Shown here one piece after another: positions 7,660 through 16,775 of a stretch of DNA of 28,088 nucleotides (its first letter is position 1; the number at the start of each line of letters is the position of its first letter). This DNA is from Pseudobacteriovorax sp. (GTDB lineage Bacteria > Bdellovibrionota_B > Oligoflexia > Oligoflexales > Oligoflexaceae), in assembly GCA_050293845.1 (NCBI GenBank), contig JBNKNM010000055.1, forward strand, positions 1-28,088, in the 5' to 3' direction. The position numbers and the translations under genes were made by a program. Below the pieces are notes generated by a model. That model saw nothing but the letters and a program-made list of their open reading frames with translations, did not search any database and had not been told where the DNA came from.

Positions 7660-8867
7660 TGATGAAAGAAATTAAAATAATCATTTGCGGACTTTTTTGC
7701 CTTTCTGGGTGTATGGATGACACATATTCTGATGTTGAGCCAAACGCCTCACCATATCTGTCGCAAAATGAGGAGCTGACCTATAATCTTCCCTTCCTTC
7801 GCGGGATAGAATTATTTTCCTTAGGGCAATCCACCAGCGATCTTAATGTTGTTGATACTACTAGCTGCCCCCAGAGTACTGGTGGTTTTGCGTTTCACCA
7901 AAAGGTGATGAACGAGGTCTGTGTATCGGTGCCCTCCATATCACCATTTTTTTACGGGGTTGAAAGCTTCGATAGGGATGAAGATGGGATCATAAGTTGC
8001 GATGACTTTCTCATCAATAATGAAGAGCCGGCGCTCCTCCCTCAAATTCTTTGCGGTGAAAAAGCAATGGGCGGAGTGATGAATGGGGATGCTGAAACCT
8101 TGTTGTGGAAAGAGCAGACGCTTCAGACTTCCTTTCGAGATCTAGATAAAACGGATAACTTTGATGCCCAGGGCATTTGGGTACCAGGCAGTGCTATCGT
8201 TTTTCCGGCACAGATTTCCCTATGGCTGCAGAAGACACCATCGACCCTAGCTCCTATCTCTAATTTGAAAATGGCGACACACCATTTGGAAAGTTTGGCT
8301 TTTGACTTGAATCCCTTAGGTGTTCCTCTGAAAGGGTTTCAAACCCTAGACTTCCGCGCCGAAGGAAGCAATTGTCCTACAAGTGTGGGAGTAGACGACT
8401 GTAAGCTACAAGAACTCTATTGGGAAAATGGAATCTCTAAAAAAATAGATACTGCCCATTTGCGAATCTTGTCTGATCGTAATGTAAGTCCCGCATTTCT
8501 TCTCCTTGAGGGAAAGCTCTACTACAGCTCTGATACTCCTTTAATAATAGGAGAGGCAGTTTTTAAGCTGCGTTCCATCTACCTTAAAGCAATACAACTC
8601 GGTGACTACCTTTGGGTACAAATGGTACTAAAGGATTCATACAATAACGAACTTACTATCCACCCCAGTCGGGATGAGAGCAATTATTTTCGGCAGCTGA
8701 AACAGGGATTTTGTCACGATCTAAATGAAACTCAGATAAATTTTGAATGTATGAACTTTCCTGTAGTCCCGAAGCAATATGCTCACCTTATGAAGGGCGA
8801 AAGCTACTTCCTAAAGCCTAATTCAAAGAAAACGGACTTAATGGAGTTGAAAATGCCCACCCATTGA
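7659..8867 (+). CDS. Hypothetical lipoprotein with EF-hand-like loop
   Basis: Lipobox LSGC after a hydrophobic stretch, DRDEDGIISCDD loop, and a 402-aa ORF. Confidence 0.8.
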   Translation: MMKEIKIIICGLFCLSGCMDDTYSDVEPNASPYLSQNEELTYNLPFLRGIELFSLGQSTSDLNVVDTTSCPQSTGGFAFHQKVMNEVCVSVPSISPFFYGVESFDRDEDGIISCDDFLINNEEPALLPQILCGEKAMGGVMNGDAETLLWKEQTLQTSFRDLDKTDNFDAQGIWVPGSAIVFPAQISLWLQKTPSTLAPISNLKMATHHLESLAFDLNPLGVPLKGFQTLDFRAEGSNCPTSVGVDDCKLQELYWENGISKKIDTAHLRILSDRNVSPAFLLLEGKLYYSSDTPLIIGEAVFKLRSIYLKAIQLGDYLWVQMVLKDSYNNELTIHPSRDESNYFRQLKQGFCHDLNETQINFECMNFPVVPKQYAHLMKGESYFLKPNSKKTDLMELKMPTH

Positions 8868-8882
8868 TGAGGAGCATTTAGA

Positions 8883-9887
8883 TCATGCGGAGAAACTCTT
8901 TTTTGCGTTGATCACAAAAGTATTGCGTCCCTTCGCTTTTGCAATATAGAGGGCTTCATCGGCTGCTTGCAAGAGACGAGCTGAGTCCATAAATCCTTCT
9001 GCTGGATTAGTTGACGCCACTCCCATGCTTATGGTGACATAGCTGGCAGATGGGGATGATTCATGGGGGATGTGTAGATTTTCTATTGATTTTTGAATCT
9101 TAGAACATAGCACGTCAGTTTGCCAAGCTGCTGTATTAGGGAGAATGATGGCGAACTCTTCCCCTCCATAGCGAGCTAGCATATCGCCTGGTCGTCTTAG
9201 TTGAAGATTGATGGTTCTTGTAAGATCGACTAAGCATTTATCACCCATTTGGTGTCCATAGCTGTCATTATAGCGTTTAAAATGGTCAACATCTATCATG
9301 ATTAGCGTCAGATCGCCCCCATGACGGACGGCCCTTCGCCATTCTTGGCTGAGAGAGTCATCAAAGCAGCGGCGGTTGGCAATACCCGTCAAGCTATCAA
9401 TAAGAGAGAGATTGGATAAGATTTCATTTAGGTCTGTTAATTGATTGGTTACCTCAATAAGTTCTCTTTCTCGTGCCTTTCTTCTTTCGATCTCGTATTT
9501 TAATTTTATGCCAACACGTACGCGAGCTTTCAACTCGTATTCGTCTATTGACTTACTTAAAAAATCGGTCGCCCCATAAGCAAAGGATGAAGACATAGCT
9601 TCTGAGCGGTTGCCATCGCTGATGGCTAAGATGGGAAGATCTTGATAAACGGCTGAACGGCGCATTTTCTCTAAAAAATGATAGGCAGGCTGTCCAGAGC
9701 TGACATCGATAATAGCGATATCAATGGCAAAAATGGACTTCAGAGCGCTTGAATCAGAGCGATGCAGGTTTTGCTCGGCTTCCCGTATGGAAGAGAAGGG
9801 AAATACATCGTTATATCCCGACATATTTAGAAACCTGCATATAAAGCTCAAATCATCTACATTTGGATCGACTACAAGGATTCCCAT
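8883..9887 (-). CDS. REC-GGDEF diguanylate cyclase (WspR/PleD-like response regulator)
   Basis: N-terminal receiver (AIID, GATDFLSK), coiled-coil linker, DSLTGIANRR, DVDHFKRYNDSYGH, I-site RPGD and the GGEEF active site. Confidence 0.94.
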   Translation of the reverse strand: MGILVVDPNVDDLSFICRFLNMSGYNDVFPFSSIREAEQNLHRSDSSALKSIFAIDIAIIDVSSGQPAYHFLEKMRRSAVYQDLPILAISDGNRSEAMSSSFAYGATDFLSKSIDEYELKARVRVGIKLKYEIERRKARERELIEVTNQLTDLNEILSNLSLIDSLTGIANRRCFDDSLSQEWRRAVRHGGDLTLIMIDVDHFKRYNDSYGHQMGDKCLVDLTRTINLQLRRPGDMLARYGGEEFAIILPNTAAWQTDVLCSKIQKSIENLHIPHESSPSASYVTISMGVASTNPAEGFMDSARLLQAADEALYIAKAKGRNTFVINAKKSFSA

Positions 9888-9928
9888 TTACCACCTTTTT
9901 CGACTAGATATATTTTTATTTAGAATAT

Positions 9929-9956
9929 TTATCGACCAATTTCTGAGGAAATTTTA
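9929..9956 (-). promoter_or_regulatory. Putative sigma28 (FliA)-type promoter of the diguanylate cyclase
   Basis: Minus strand TAAA-N16-GTCGATAA about 40 nt upstream of the start. Confidence 0.55.
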
Positions 9957-10062
9957 GTGTACGGAAAATGTAAATGATTTACTACACTATGTTCAGCGGT
10001 TATCCTGCTTCTGGAGGTTGGTATTTTTCCAGCAAGCAGACGGAAAAGGATTAGGTAAGAAT

Positions 10063-11043
10063 TTGAATAGATTGAAAATATTGATCACTTGTTTTGATAA
10101 TGTCGGGGACCTGGTTTTTGTGAGTGGTATCACCCGAACCTTACGCGAAAGCTATCCGGATTCTGAAATCCATTTATGGTGTAAAGAGTACACAGCGCAG
10201 ATTGCTGATCTCATGCCTGGGGTGGACCATTATTTTAGTAATGATCCTTTTTGGGATAATTCTCCTCTTAGGCCAAAAGGCTCCTTATGGCCTTTTTTGA
10301 AGTCGATTTGGCAAGCTAGGAAGCAGAGTTATGATCTTGCTGTTGTGACGGCAGCTTGCTGGCGATCTGCTTTAGCTTGCTATCTGACTGGTGCGAAGCA
10401 GCTGTGGGGGTATAATCGTGTTAAGTCTAGATTTTTCTTAAGTAAAACAGTGACTTTACCCCAGAAAAAAAAGCCTGTGGTTGGGGAACTGCTGAGGCTT
10501 CTCTCCTTAGGGAGTGATGGTAAATCCATGGCCTACTATAGCCTGCTTACTCCGCAAATTCCAAAGAGTAAACCACTGTGGCCGTTTATTGGCTTGCACC
10601 CTTTTGCTGGTAATCGCAAGCGATGCGCAGCTCTTCCATTTTGGATGGCACTGCGAAAACATTTACTGGATAAGGGGTATCGCATTTTGTGGCTGGGCTC
10701 CACGGGAGAACTGCAGGAAATAAGAGATGGCCATATTCATGAGGCTACTGAGTTTCTTGATTACTACACTCCTGAGGCTACTCTAAAGAACCTAACATCG
10801 ATGATTAGTCAAGCAACTCTGTTCATAGGCCATGACTCGGGTCCACTGCATATAGCGGGAGCTTTAGGGATTCCAGTGGTAGGACTATATTTGCCTAGTG
10901 AGTATCATAGAACCTTTCCTCAAGGACCTCAGGGTGGTGACTATATTGTCAAGCCATCCCCTTCTGACTTGCAGATAGAAGATCTTACTATCATTGTAGA
11001 TCGCATTCTAGCTGGTATACCAAGATCGGGAAAAGAGATCTGA
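10063..11043 (+). CDS. Glycosyltransferase family 9 (LPS heptosyltransferase-like)
   Basis: NVGDLV, YPDSEIHLW, IGLHPFA and FIGHDSGPLHIAGALGIPVVGLY. Likely start TTG 10063; the ORF track starts at 10018. Confidence 0.9.
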   Translation: MNRLKILITCFDNVGDLVFVSGITRTLRESYPDSEIHLWCKEYTAQIADLMPGVDHYFSNDPFWDNSPLRPKGSLWPFLKSIWQARKQSYDLAVVTAACWRSALACYLTGAKQLWGYNRVKSRFFLSKTVTLPQKKKPVVGELLRLLSLGSDGKSMAYYSLLTPQIPKSKPLWPFIGLHPFAGNRKRCAALPFWMALRKHLLDKGYRILWLGSTGELQEIRDGHIHEATEFLDYYTPEATLKNLTSMISQATLFIGHDSGPLHIAGALGIPVVGLYLPSEYHRTFPQGPQGGDYIVKPSPSDLQIEDLTIIVDRILAGIPRSGKEI

Positions 11044-12195
11044 AGCTACATTGAGAGAATCGTTACTTTTACCCCTGCTAATTTTAAAAGACGTCCCCTC
11101 ATATTCTCCCAACACGGTCGCGGCGAGTGTTGGCGAATGACTTTTGGCAAGCCATCGACTCGATGCAACGAGGAACAGCATTTCTCTGTCTACAGCAAGG
11201 AATTGGTTGCGTTCTTTGAGAATGTTTCCAAGGGCTTTGATGCGAACGATGAGAGGAATATTGCTATCAGAGCATTCCTCTAGGCAAAGTGCTGCCTTTA
11301 GAAAAAAGCCAACCTCTTTAGCACGAAGTGTCTTATTGCGAGCAACTGTAGATACTTTTGCTAAACGATCCAACCATTTCCTTTGTGGCCAAGACATAGC
11401 CCAAAGATAGGATTCAAGAACATAGACAGCCTGATAATGGCTACCTTTGCGTTGAACAGCTAAAATCATAGGTTCTAAATCCTGATAACAACTGGCTGTG
11501 ACGCATAGTCGTTCCCAATGCAGCTCATTAATAAATCTTTCTGATGAATCTTTTTGACTCCAAATTTCTATATGGTGAAGACATGTGGCATATTCCTGCA
11601 GTAATCGCCAGCATCTTACCCGCCCAATTCTTGCCATTTCACGCTGTGCTCGCGAAAGGGATGAGTCGACTATAGTCAAATACTCATCAAGAGCCCGTTG
11701 AATCTGTCCTAACCTAAAAGCACGGATGGCCTTAGCTAAGCTTTGGTAAGATTCACCACCTGGTGGTCTTTTTTTAGATACTTGGTGGCTGACTTGCTGT
11801 TCCCAAGTTGCTGCAAAATGATCTCCAGTAGTGCGGTAAATTTGGCTTAAGGCCATATGAAGTTCGCCGTAGAGAAAGCCTAGGATAGAGATTTCCGGTT
11901 GAATATTTTGCATCTGTAAAATGGAGTAGCCTAAAGATACTAATTTTTTAATTTGTTGGCTGTTGAGCCCCCCCCAGTTTTTATGATGAATTAAAGCAGA
12001 GACGATATAAATGTAAAGATATAGTAAGTCCCGAGGAACGATCGAAGATTCGAATTCTTTGATACCTCTCATAATTTTCTCAAAACGTTTCTTACTTCCT
12101 CCTTCAGCCATGGCGTTATCGAGCAGTTGTTTGATTTCTCTTTTGGCCTCATCAATATTTTTTATTTGCCAATCGGCTCGACGACCTTTGCCCAT
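11008..12195 (-). CDS. Hypothetical alpha-helical (TPR-like) protein
   Basis: 395-aa ORF with GAGGAG RBS and helical-repeat-like segments (AIRAFRLGQIQRALDEY; ARIGRVRCWRLLQEYATC). Confidence 0.8.
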   Translation of the reverse strand: MGKGRRADWQIKNIDEAKREIKQLLDNAMAEGGSKKRFEKIMRGIKEFESSIVPRDLLYLYIYIVSALIHHKNWGGLNSQQIKKLVSLGYSILQMQNIQPEISILGFLYGELHMALSQIYRTTGDHFAATWEQQVSHQVSKKRPPGGESYQSLAKAIRAFRLGQIQRALDEYLTIVDSSLSRAQREMARIGRVRCWRLLQEYATCLHHIEIWSQKDSSERFINELHWERLCVTASCYQDLEPMILAVQRKGSHYQAVYVLESYLWAMSWPQRKWLDRLAKVSTVARNKTLRAKEVGFFLKAALCLEECSDSNIPLIVRIKALGNILKERNQFLAVDREMLFLVASSRWLAKSHSPTLAATVLGEYEGTSFKISRGKSNDSLNVASDLFSRSWYTS

Positions 12196-12309
12196 AATCT
12201 TCTCCTCATGAAAGTCTTCGGATTTTTTAAAAAAACGTATAGGAAAGATAAAATTTTGGCTCTAAAAATGTAATTTCTATCGACTAATTCTATTATCTTG
12301 GAAATATAC

Positions 12310-12337
12310 TAAAGAGTAGTCTTCCACTATCCGATTA
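12310..12337 (+). promoter_or_regulatory. Putative sigma28 (FliA)-type promoter of lipoprotein 12362
   Basis: TAAA (12310-12313), N16, TCCGATTA (12330-12337). Confidence 0.5.
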
Positions 12338-12361
12338 TTAATAGATGAGGGGGATTGAGCA

Positions 12362-13057
12362 ATGCAATTTAATAATATATTTTTATTAATCTTGCTGGGA
12401 CTGGGTTTTAGCTGTTCAGACAGTTCAGGTGGATTAGAGAGCACTTTCAGTATCACCAAGGCTTCAAAAGCAAAGCGTGGTGTAAGTAATATTGTTGTTT
12501 CAACGGGAGAATTAAACTCAGAAAACGGAAAGTCATCCGATGATGATGAAGGTATCCCGGGGTATATGAGTGATGTAAGTATTATTGAAGCTAATGTCCA
12601 AGACGGTGAATACACAGTTTCAGCACCAGAAAGTACTGTAGTGCGATCAGCTAATAGTAATGTTTATGCTACTGTGTGGATTATAGCTTCTGATGCTATC
12701 GATCGAGCAGGATCTGTCATCAAAGAAGGCAAGAGCGCTACGGCAAGATTTGTCGGATATACCCAAGTTGCTGAGAATGGATCCTTTTACTTTGCTGCAG
12801 CAGAACCTGCTTCAGGTGAAAAACTAGTTTTTGGTATTAGCTTTGATCCTACACCTGACTCGTTAGTTTTTGCCACGGAAATGCCTGAAACATATGCTGG
12901 TTTCTATATCTCTAAGCCGCCACCTTCTCCTAACAATAGAGGATCCAAACCAAAACCAAAATCGTTTGCGACTTATCAGCAACAGGATCAAAAAAATACA
13001 GTCTCTAGTTTAAAGGTGAAGGGACTCTTAGCAAGCGATCCGAGCTTAGTTCCCTAA
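12362..13057 (+). CDS. Hypothetical lipoprotein
   Basis: Hydrophobic signal ending in LGFSC, GAGGGGG RBS, beta-rich body and a Pro/Lys-rich tail. Confidence 0.8.
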   Translation: MQFNNIFLLILLGLGFSCSDSSGGLESTFSITKASKAKRGVSNIVVSTGELNSENGKSSDDDEGIPGYMSDVSIIEANVQDGEYTVSAPESTVVRSANSNVYATVWIIASDAIDRAGSVIKEGKSATARFVGYTQVAENGSFYFAAAEPASGEKLVFGISFDPTPDSLVFATEMPETYAGFYISKPPPSPNNRGSKPKPKSFATYQQQDQKNTVSSLKVKGLLASDPSLVP

Positions 13058-13072
13058 TGCTCCACTGCAGAA

Positions 13073-13101
13073 TTCTAACTATAGTAAAACTATAGTTAGA
13101 A
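13073..13101. terminator. AT-rich 13-bp perfect inverted repeat (terminator-like or protein-binding site)
   Basis: TTCTAACTATAGT-AAA-ACTATAGTTAGAA, 15 nt after the stop of 12362..13057. Confidence 0.45.
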
Positions 13102-13278
13102 AAATTTGCAGCTTACCTATACTACGCTCTCAAAAATACTTTCAACCATCTATTAAAACTACTGCTTAAAAACACCACACTAATATAACTGCTTAGGATA
13201 ATACTAGGGATTGCTTACCTTGTTTCCGATAGGAACGATGTAAATGGAATGATCACTTGAAAGTTTTGGAGGAGTCTT

Positions 13279-13632
13279 ATGTCGAGTAATGAGAATAGAA
13301 AATTTTCCTATAGTAGCGGAGAGTGTACCTTACAGATTGGATCGGATCTTTATGGTGTGGGTGTGAACATAGCCTCAGCATCGAGTTCAAAGGCCCAGAT
13401 TAATGCGGTAATCAGGAAAAACGATGAGCCGTTCACCTTTCAAACCTACTCTTTTACTGACTCCCCTGTGGCAGTGAACGTCAGCAAAGACGAGGTTGCC
13501 TTGACTGGTGAAATCACCTGCTACTATCATAGTGGTAGTACTGTTTACTATCTATTTAATGGTGAGTTTAAGGATGATAGTGAACAAGTGCTGCAGCTAT
13601 CTAATTACATAGTAGGGTTCACTGAAGGCTGA
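13279..13632 (+). CDS. Hypothetical small beta-rich protein
   Basis: 117-aa ORF with a strong GGAGGAG RBS and a downstream hairpin. Confidence 0.75.
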   Translation: MSSNENRKFSYSSGECTLQIGSDLYGVGVNIASASSSKAQINAVIRKNDEPFTFQTYSFTDSPVAVNVSKDEVALTGEITCYYHSGSTVYYLFNGEFKDDSEQVLQLSNYIVGFTEG

Positions 13633-13670
13633 CTTAATTTGGTATAACCGGTACAAAACCTTGGTCAGTA

Positions 13671-13694
13671 AACTAGGGGCGACGGTCCTTAGTT
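13671..13694 (+). terminator. Stem-loop downstream of 13279..13632
   Basis: AACTAGGGGC-GACG-GTCCTTAGTT forms a 10-bp stem with two G-U pairs; the U-tract is weak. Confidence 0.4.
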
Positions 13695-13988
13695 CAGAAA
13701 TGATTTCTTTTACAATATAAAACTGGTGGATAGGCCATTGGAGGCGATCTTGCTGCATTATTGTAGGTAGACGGGAGCTAGTTTACAACTTTTTGTTTGT
13801 TGTTGAAATGACATAGTAAGCTTGGCGGGAAAAGTCTTTCATAACTCCCGCTAAAGCTCTTATTGTTTGAAGTAGCAGTGAAATTTCCATTGGCTGAGAT
13901 AGTATTTCTTGATAGAACTTTGACTTTCAAGCCATTGCTTGAGAATAACTTCTTAAATATATTGCAAATATTTAATAGGAAAACCAAA

Positions 13989-15056
13989 ATGCAAGGACAT
14001 GAATTCCAAGCTTTAAGCCACTTCAAACCTATAGATCTGAAACTTCGACACAATAAATACGACCGCCAGACCTTGGAACAAAGATTGAAGATGGAATCCT
14101 TTGAAAGAACAACGATTTCTTTTTATCGGTATTGTATTATCGAGAATCCTGAAGCATTGCGGGAAGTGCTATACCAAAAATGGTATACCATGGGTTGCTT
14201 AGGTCGAATCTACCTAGCTCGGGAAGGAATTAATGCCCAGATGAGCATTCCCGAACATAAGTACGAAGAATTTCTAGAAGATTTGGATCAGTATTTCCCT
14301 GATATGCCTATCAAGAAAGCTATTGAAGAGCAAAAACCTTCCTTTCTGAAGCTGATTATTAAGGTTAAAAAGAAAATTGTCGCTGATGGTCTTAAATATG
14401 GAGCTTTTGATGTTACCAATGTAGGCAAACATTTGTCAGCTGCTCAATTCAACCAAGCGATGGAACAGCAGGGAACCATCATAGTGGATATGCGTAATGC
14501 TTATGAAAGTGAGGTCGGTTATTTTCAAGGGGCACTCAAACCCGATGTTGACTCTTTTAGTGATGAGCTTCCTGTCGTGAAGGATATGCTCAAAGGTAAG
14601 GAAGAAAACAAGATTCTCCTTTACTGCACAGGTGGAATTCGTTGTGAGAAAACCAGCGCTTGGCTGAAACACCATGGTTTTAAGGATGTCAATCAGCTCC
14701 ATGGTGGCATCATAGACTATGTAAGGCAGGTGAAAGAAGAGAGCCTTGAATGTAAATTTGTGGGCAAAAACTTTGTTTTTGATGAGCGTTTAGGTGAGCG
14801 AATTACCCCTGATGTTGTAGCTCATTGTCATATTTGTGGAGTAAAAGCTGATTATCAATCTAATTGTCGCTGGCAGGGATGTCACACCCTGTTTGTTTCT
14901 TGCCTGGAGTGCTCCAAAAAGTTAGATGGTTGCTGTACTCAGGAGTGTCAATCTATACTAGGGCTTCCCGAAGAACAGAAGGCTATATTATTGAAGTCTC
15001 CAAAAGCACCATTGGCAGCTAAACGTAACCTTCATAAGGTCGCCCCGCAGCTATAA
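13989..15056 (+). CDS. trhO: tRNA uridine(34) hydroxylase TrhO (YceA, rhodanese-related)
   Basis: RTTISFYRY, GRIYLAREGINAQ, DMRNAYESEVGYF, YCTGGIRCEK, QLHGGII, GKNFVFDERL and a Cys-rich C-terminus. Likely start ATG 13989 (AGGA RBS); the ORF track starts at 13863. Confidence 0.93.
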   Translation: MQGHEFQALSHFKPIDLKLRHNKYDRQTLEQRLKMESFERTTISFYRYCIIENPEALREVLYQKWYTMGCLGRIYLAREGINAQMSIPEHKYEEFLEDLDQYFPDMPIKKAIEEQKPSFLKLIIKVKKKIVADGLKYGAFDVTNVGKHLSAAQFNQAMEQQGTIIVDMRNAYESEVGYFQGALKPDVDSFSDELPVVKDMLKGKEENKILLYCTGGIRCEKTSAWLKHHGFKDVNQLHGGIIDYVRQVKEESLECKFVGKNFVFDERLGERITPDVVAHCHICGVKADYQSNCRWQGCHTLFVSCLECSKKLDGCCTQECQSILGLPEEQKAILLKSPKAPLAAKRNLHKVAPQL

Positions 15057-15101
15057 GTCAAATGTGGAAATTCTTGCAATAGAAAATGGCTTGGAATTAA
15101 T

Positions 15102-15485
15102 TCAGGCTGACTTTCTGAGAATGACTGGTTTTCCCATAGCATGATGAACAGCCTGACAAAAATGCTCATTTGAAAATGGTTTATGTAACCAGCTAGAAAT
15201 GCCGAGATTTTTCACTTCCTCAATGAATTGACCGCGGTGATCTAAGGAAATGACAATACTCTTTCCTTGGAATCCAAGGTTTCTGATATATTCTAGAGTC
15301 TTAAGACCTTGCAAGCGGAGCGAACCATGGTCGATGATAACGAGGTCAAAGTCTGGGTTTTGGCTATACAACTCTAAAGCCTGCTCAGAGCTAGTGGCTT
15401 CGGTCAACTCCCATCCTTCGTGATGGATAATATATCGCATCACAGCTCTGATGGAAGGGCTGTCATCGACTACTAGTATCTTCAT
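15102..15485 (-). CDS. Single-domain (CheY-like) response regulator
   Basis: ILVVDDS, phospho-acceptor LVIID, HKPF, and AGGAGG RBS. Confidence 0.9.
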   Translation of the reverse strand: MKILVVDDSPSIRAVMRYIIHHEGWELTEATSSEQALELYSQNPDFDLVIIDHGSLRLQGLKTLEYIRNLGFQGKSIVISLDHRGQFIEEVKNLGISSWLHKPFSNEHFCQAVHHAMGKPVILRKSA

Positions 15486-15648
15486 CAGGGCCTCCTAGGC
15501 AATAATGCGACTGCTTTTCTTCTTCGTACCGTGCTGGCATTGATTAAAGTTTTATGTAATATATCTGTTAACCTACTTAATATAATGCAATAAATTTATC
15601 ATATACATGTCAAATTTATTCTTTGCTCTGTAAAAAATATCTTTATAA

Positions 15649-16464
15649 CTAATTATTTCGAGCTAATTTTATGGCTGCGATAGCACATCGAGGAGCTGTC
15701 GTTTTATTTTGGTTATCAAAGTAAATGAATATATCGGAGATCCCTGCTTGCTCAGCAAGGGTTTGGGCCCGGGTGACAATCCATTTTAGGTCTTTGCTGT
15801 CATAACCTTGAGGGTAAAGGTTGGCAGGAGCATGGCAACGAAAGTATAGAAATGATCCCGTAATTTCATTAACTTGTATCCCATCATCCCCATTTTCTGG
15901 CATGGTGAGAGCTATGCCTAATCGCTTCGACTCTGCTACCAGTTCTGTGTTCAAAAAGGCGGGATGCCGGAATTCTAAAGTATGGCGCAGAGGACCTTCA
16001 AAGGAACTACTTAGTAGTGGTTCAGTCACTTTCTCATCGTGTTTGGTGGCAAGTAGCGCGGCTTTCTGAAAGGAGTTGGGGAGTAAATTGAGGAATGTTA
16101 GAACGGACTCTGAGTATTCAAGGTTGGGTGGCAACTGCCATAGGATAGGACCTAGCTTTTCCTTTAGGGCCAGAACACCACTGGCGAAAAAATTGGCTAG
16201 GGCTGTTTCACAGTCTTGTAAGCGCAACGAATGGGTGATGAACTTCCCACCTTTTATACTCATAAAAAAGTTATCGGGTATCTCCTGATACCATTGTTTG
16301 AAAATGGCTGGTCGGAGTAATCTGTAGAATGTGTTATTAACTTCAATGGAACTCAGTTTACGGCTGGCGAAAGCAAGTTGATCTTGAGTCTTTAGGGAAT
16401 GGGGATACAACTCCCCCTTCCACTCCGGATAGCTCCAGCCTGAAGTTCCAATGTAAAATTTCAT
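15649..16464 (-). CDS. DUF72 (YecE-like) domain protein
   Basis: YIGTSGWSY, IEVNNTFYR, KLGPILWQLPP, EFRH and IYFDN. Start ATG 16464 with AAGGAG RBS; the ORF track extends to 16722. Confidence 0.92.
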   Translation of the reverse strand: MKFYIGTSGWSYPEWKGELYPHSLKTQDQLAFASRKLSSIEVNNTFYRLLRPAIFKQWYQEIPDNFFMSIKGGKFITHSLRLQDCETALANFFASGVLALKEKLGPILWQLPPNLEYSESVLTFLNLLPNSFQKAALLATKHDEKVTEPLLSSSFEGPLRHTLEFRHPAFLNTELVAESKRLGIALTMPENGDDGIQVNEITGSFLYFRCHAPANLYPQGYDSKDLKWIVTRAQTLAEQAGISDIFIYFDNQNKTTAPRCAIAAIKLARNN

Positions 16465-16775
16465 AAACTCCTTTCCATAGTGAACCAAGTGACGATAAAT
16501 AGAAATACGCAAGGGTCCCTGAAAAATACGGACATTGATCCTAGGTGTGAAAACTTCTAATCTGAGATATATTATACTCGGATCTAAATATTCAGTTATG
16601 AAGTTTCTTTGAAATTCTTGGTCATAGAGAGTTCGGGCTGTTAAAAATGTATTCCATCGAGGCGCGAGAGAAAACAAATCACGGGAGGGCTTTTGGGTCG
16701 GACCAACGTCGTGTACAGGCAATTTTCACATCAGGATTTTACATTGTGCTATGGTTAAATTAAAGGGGAAGAATT

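Noticed and set aside
16465..16722. 86-codon N-terminal extension of DUF72 in the ORF track
   Set aside because: Family homology starts at MKFYIGTSG, which has its own AAGGAG RBS.
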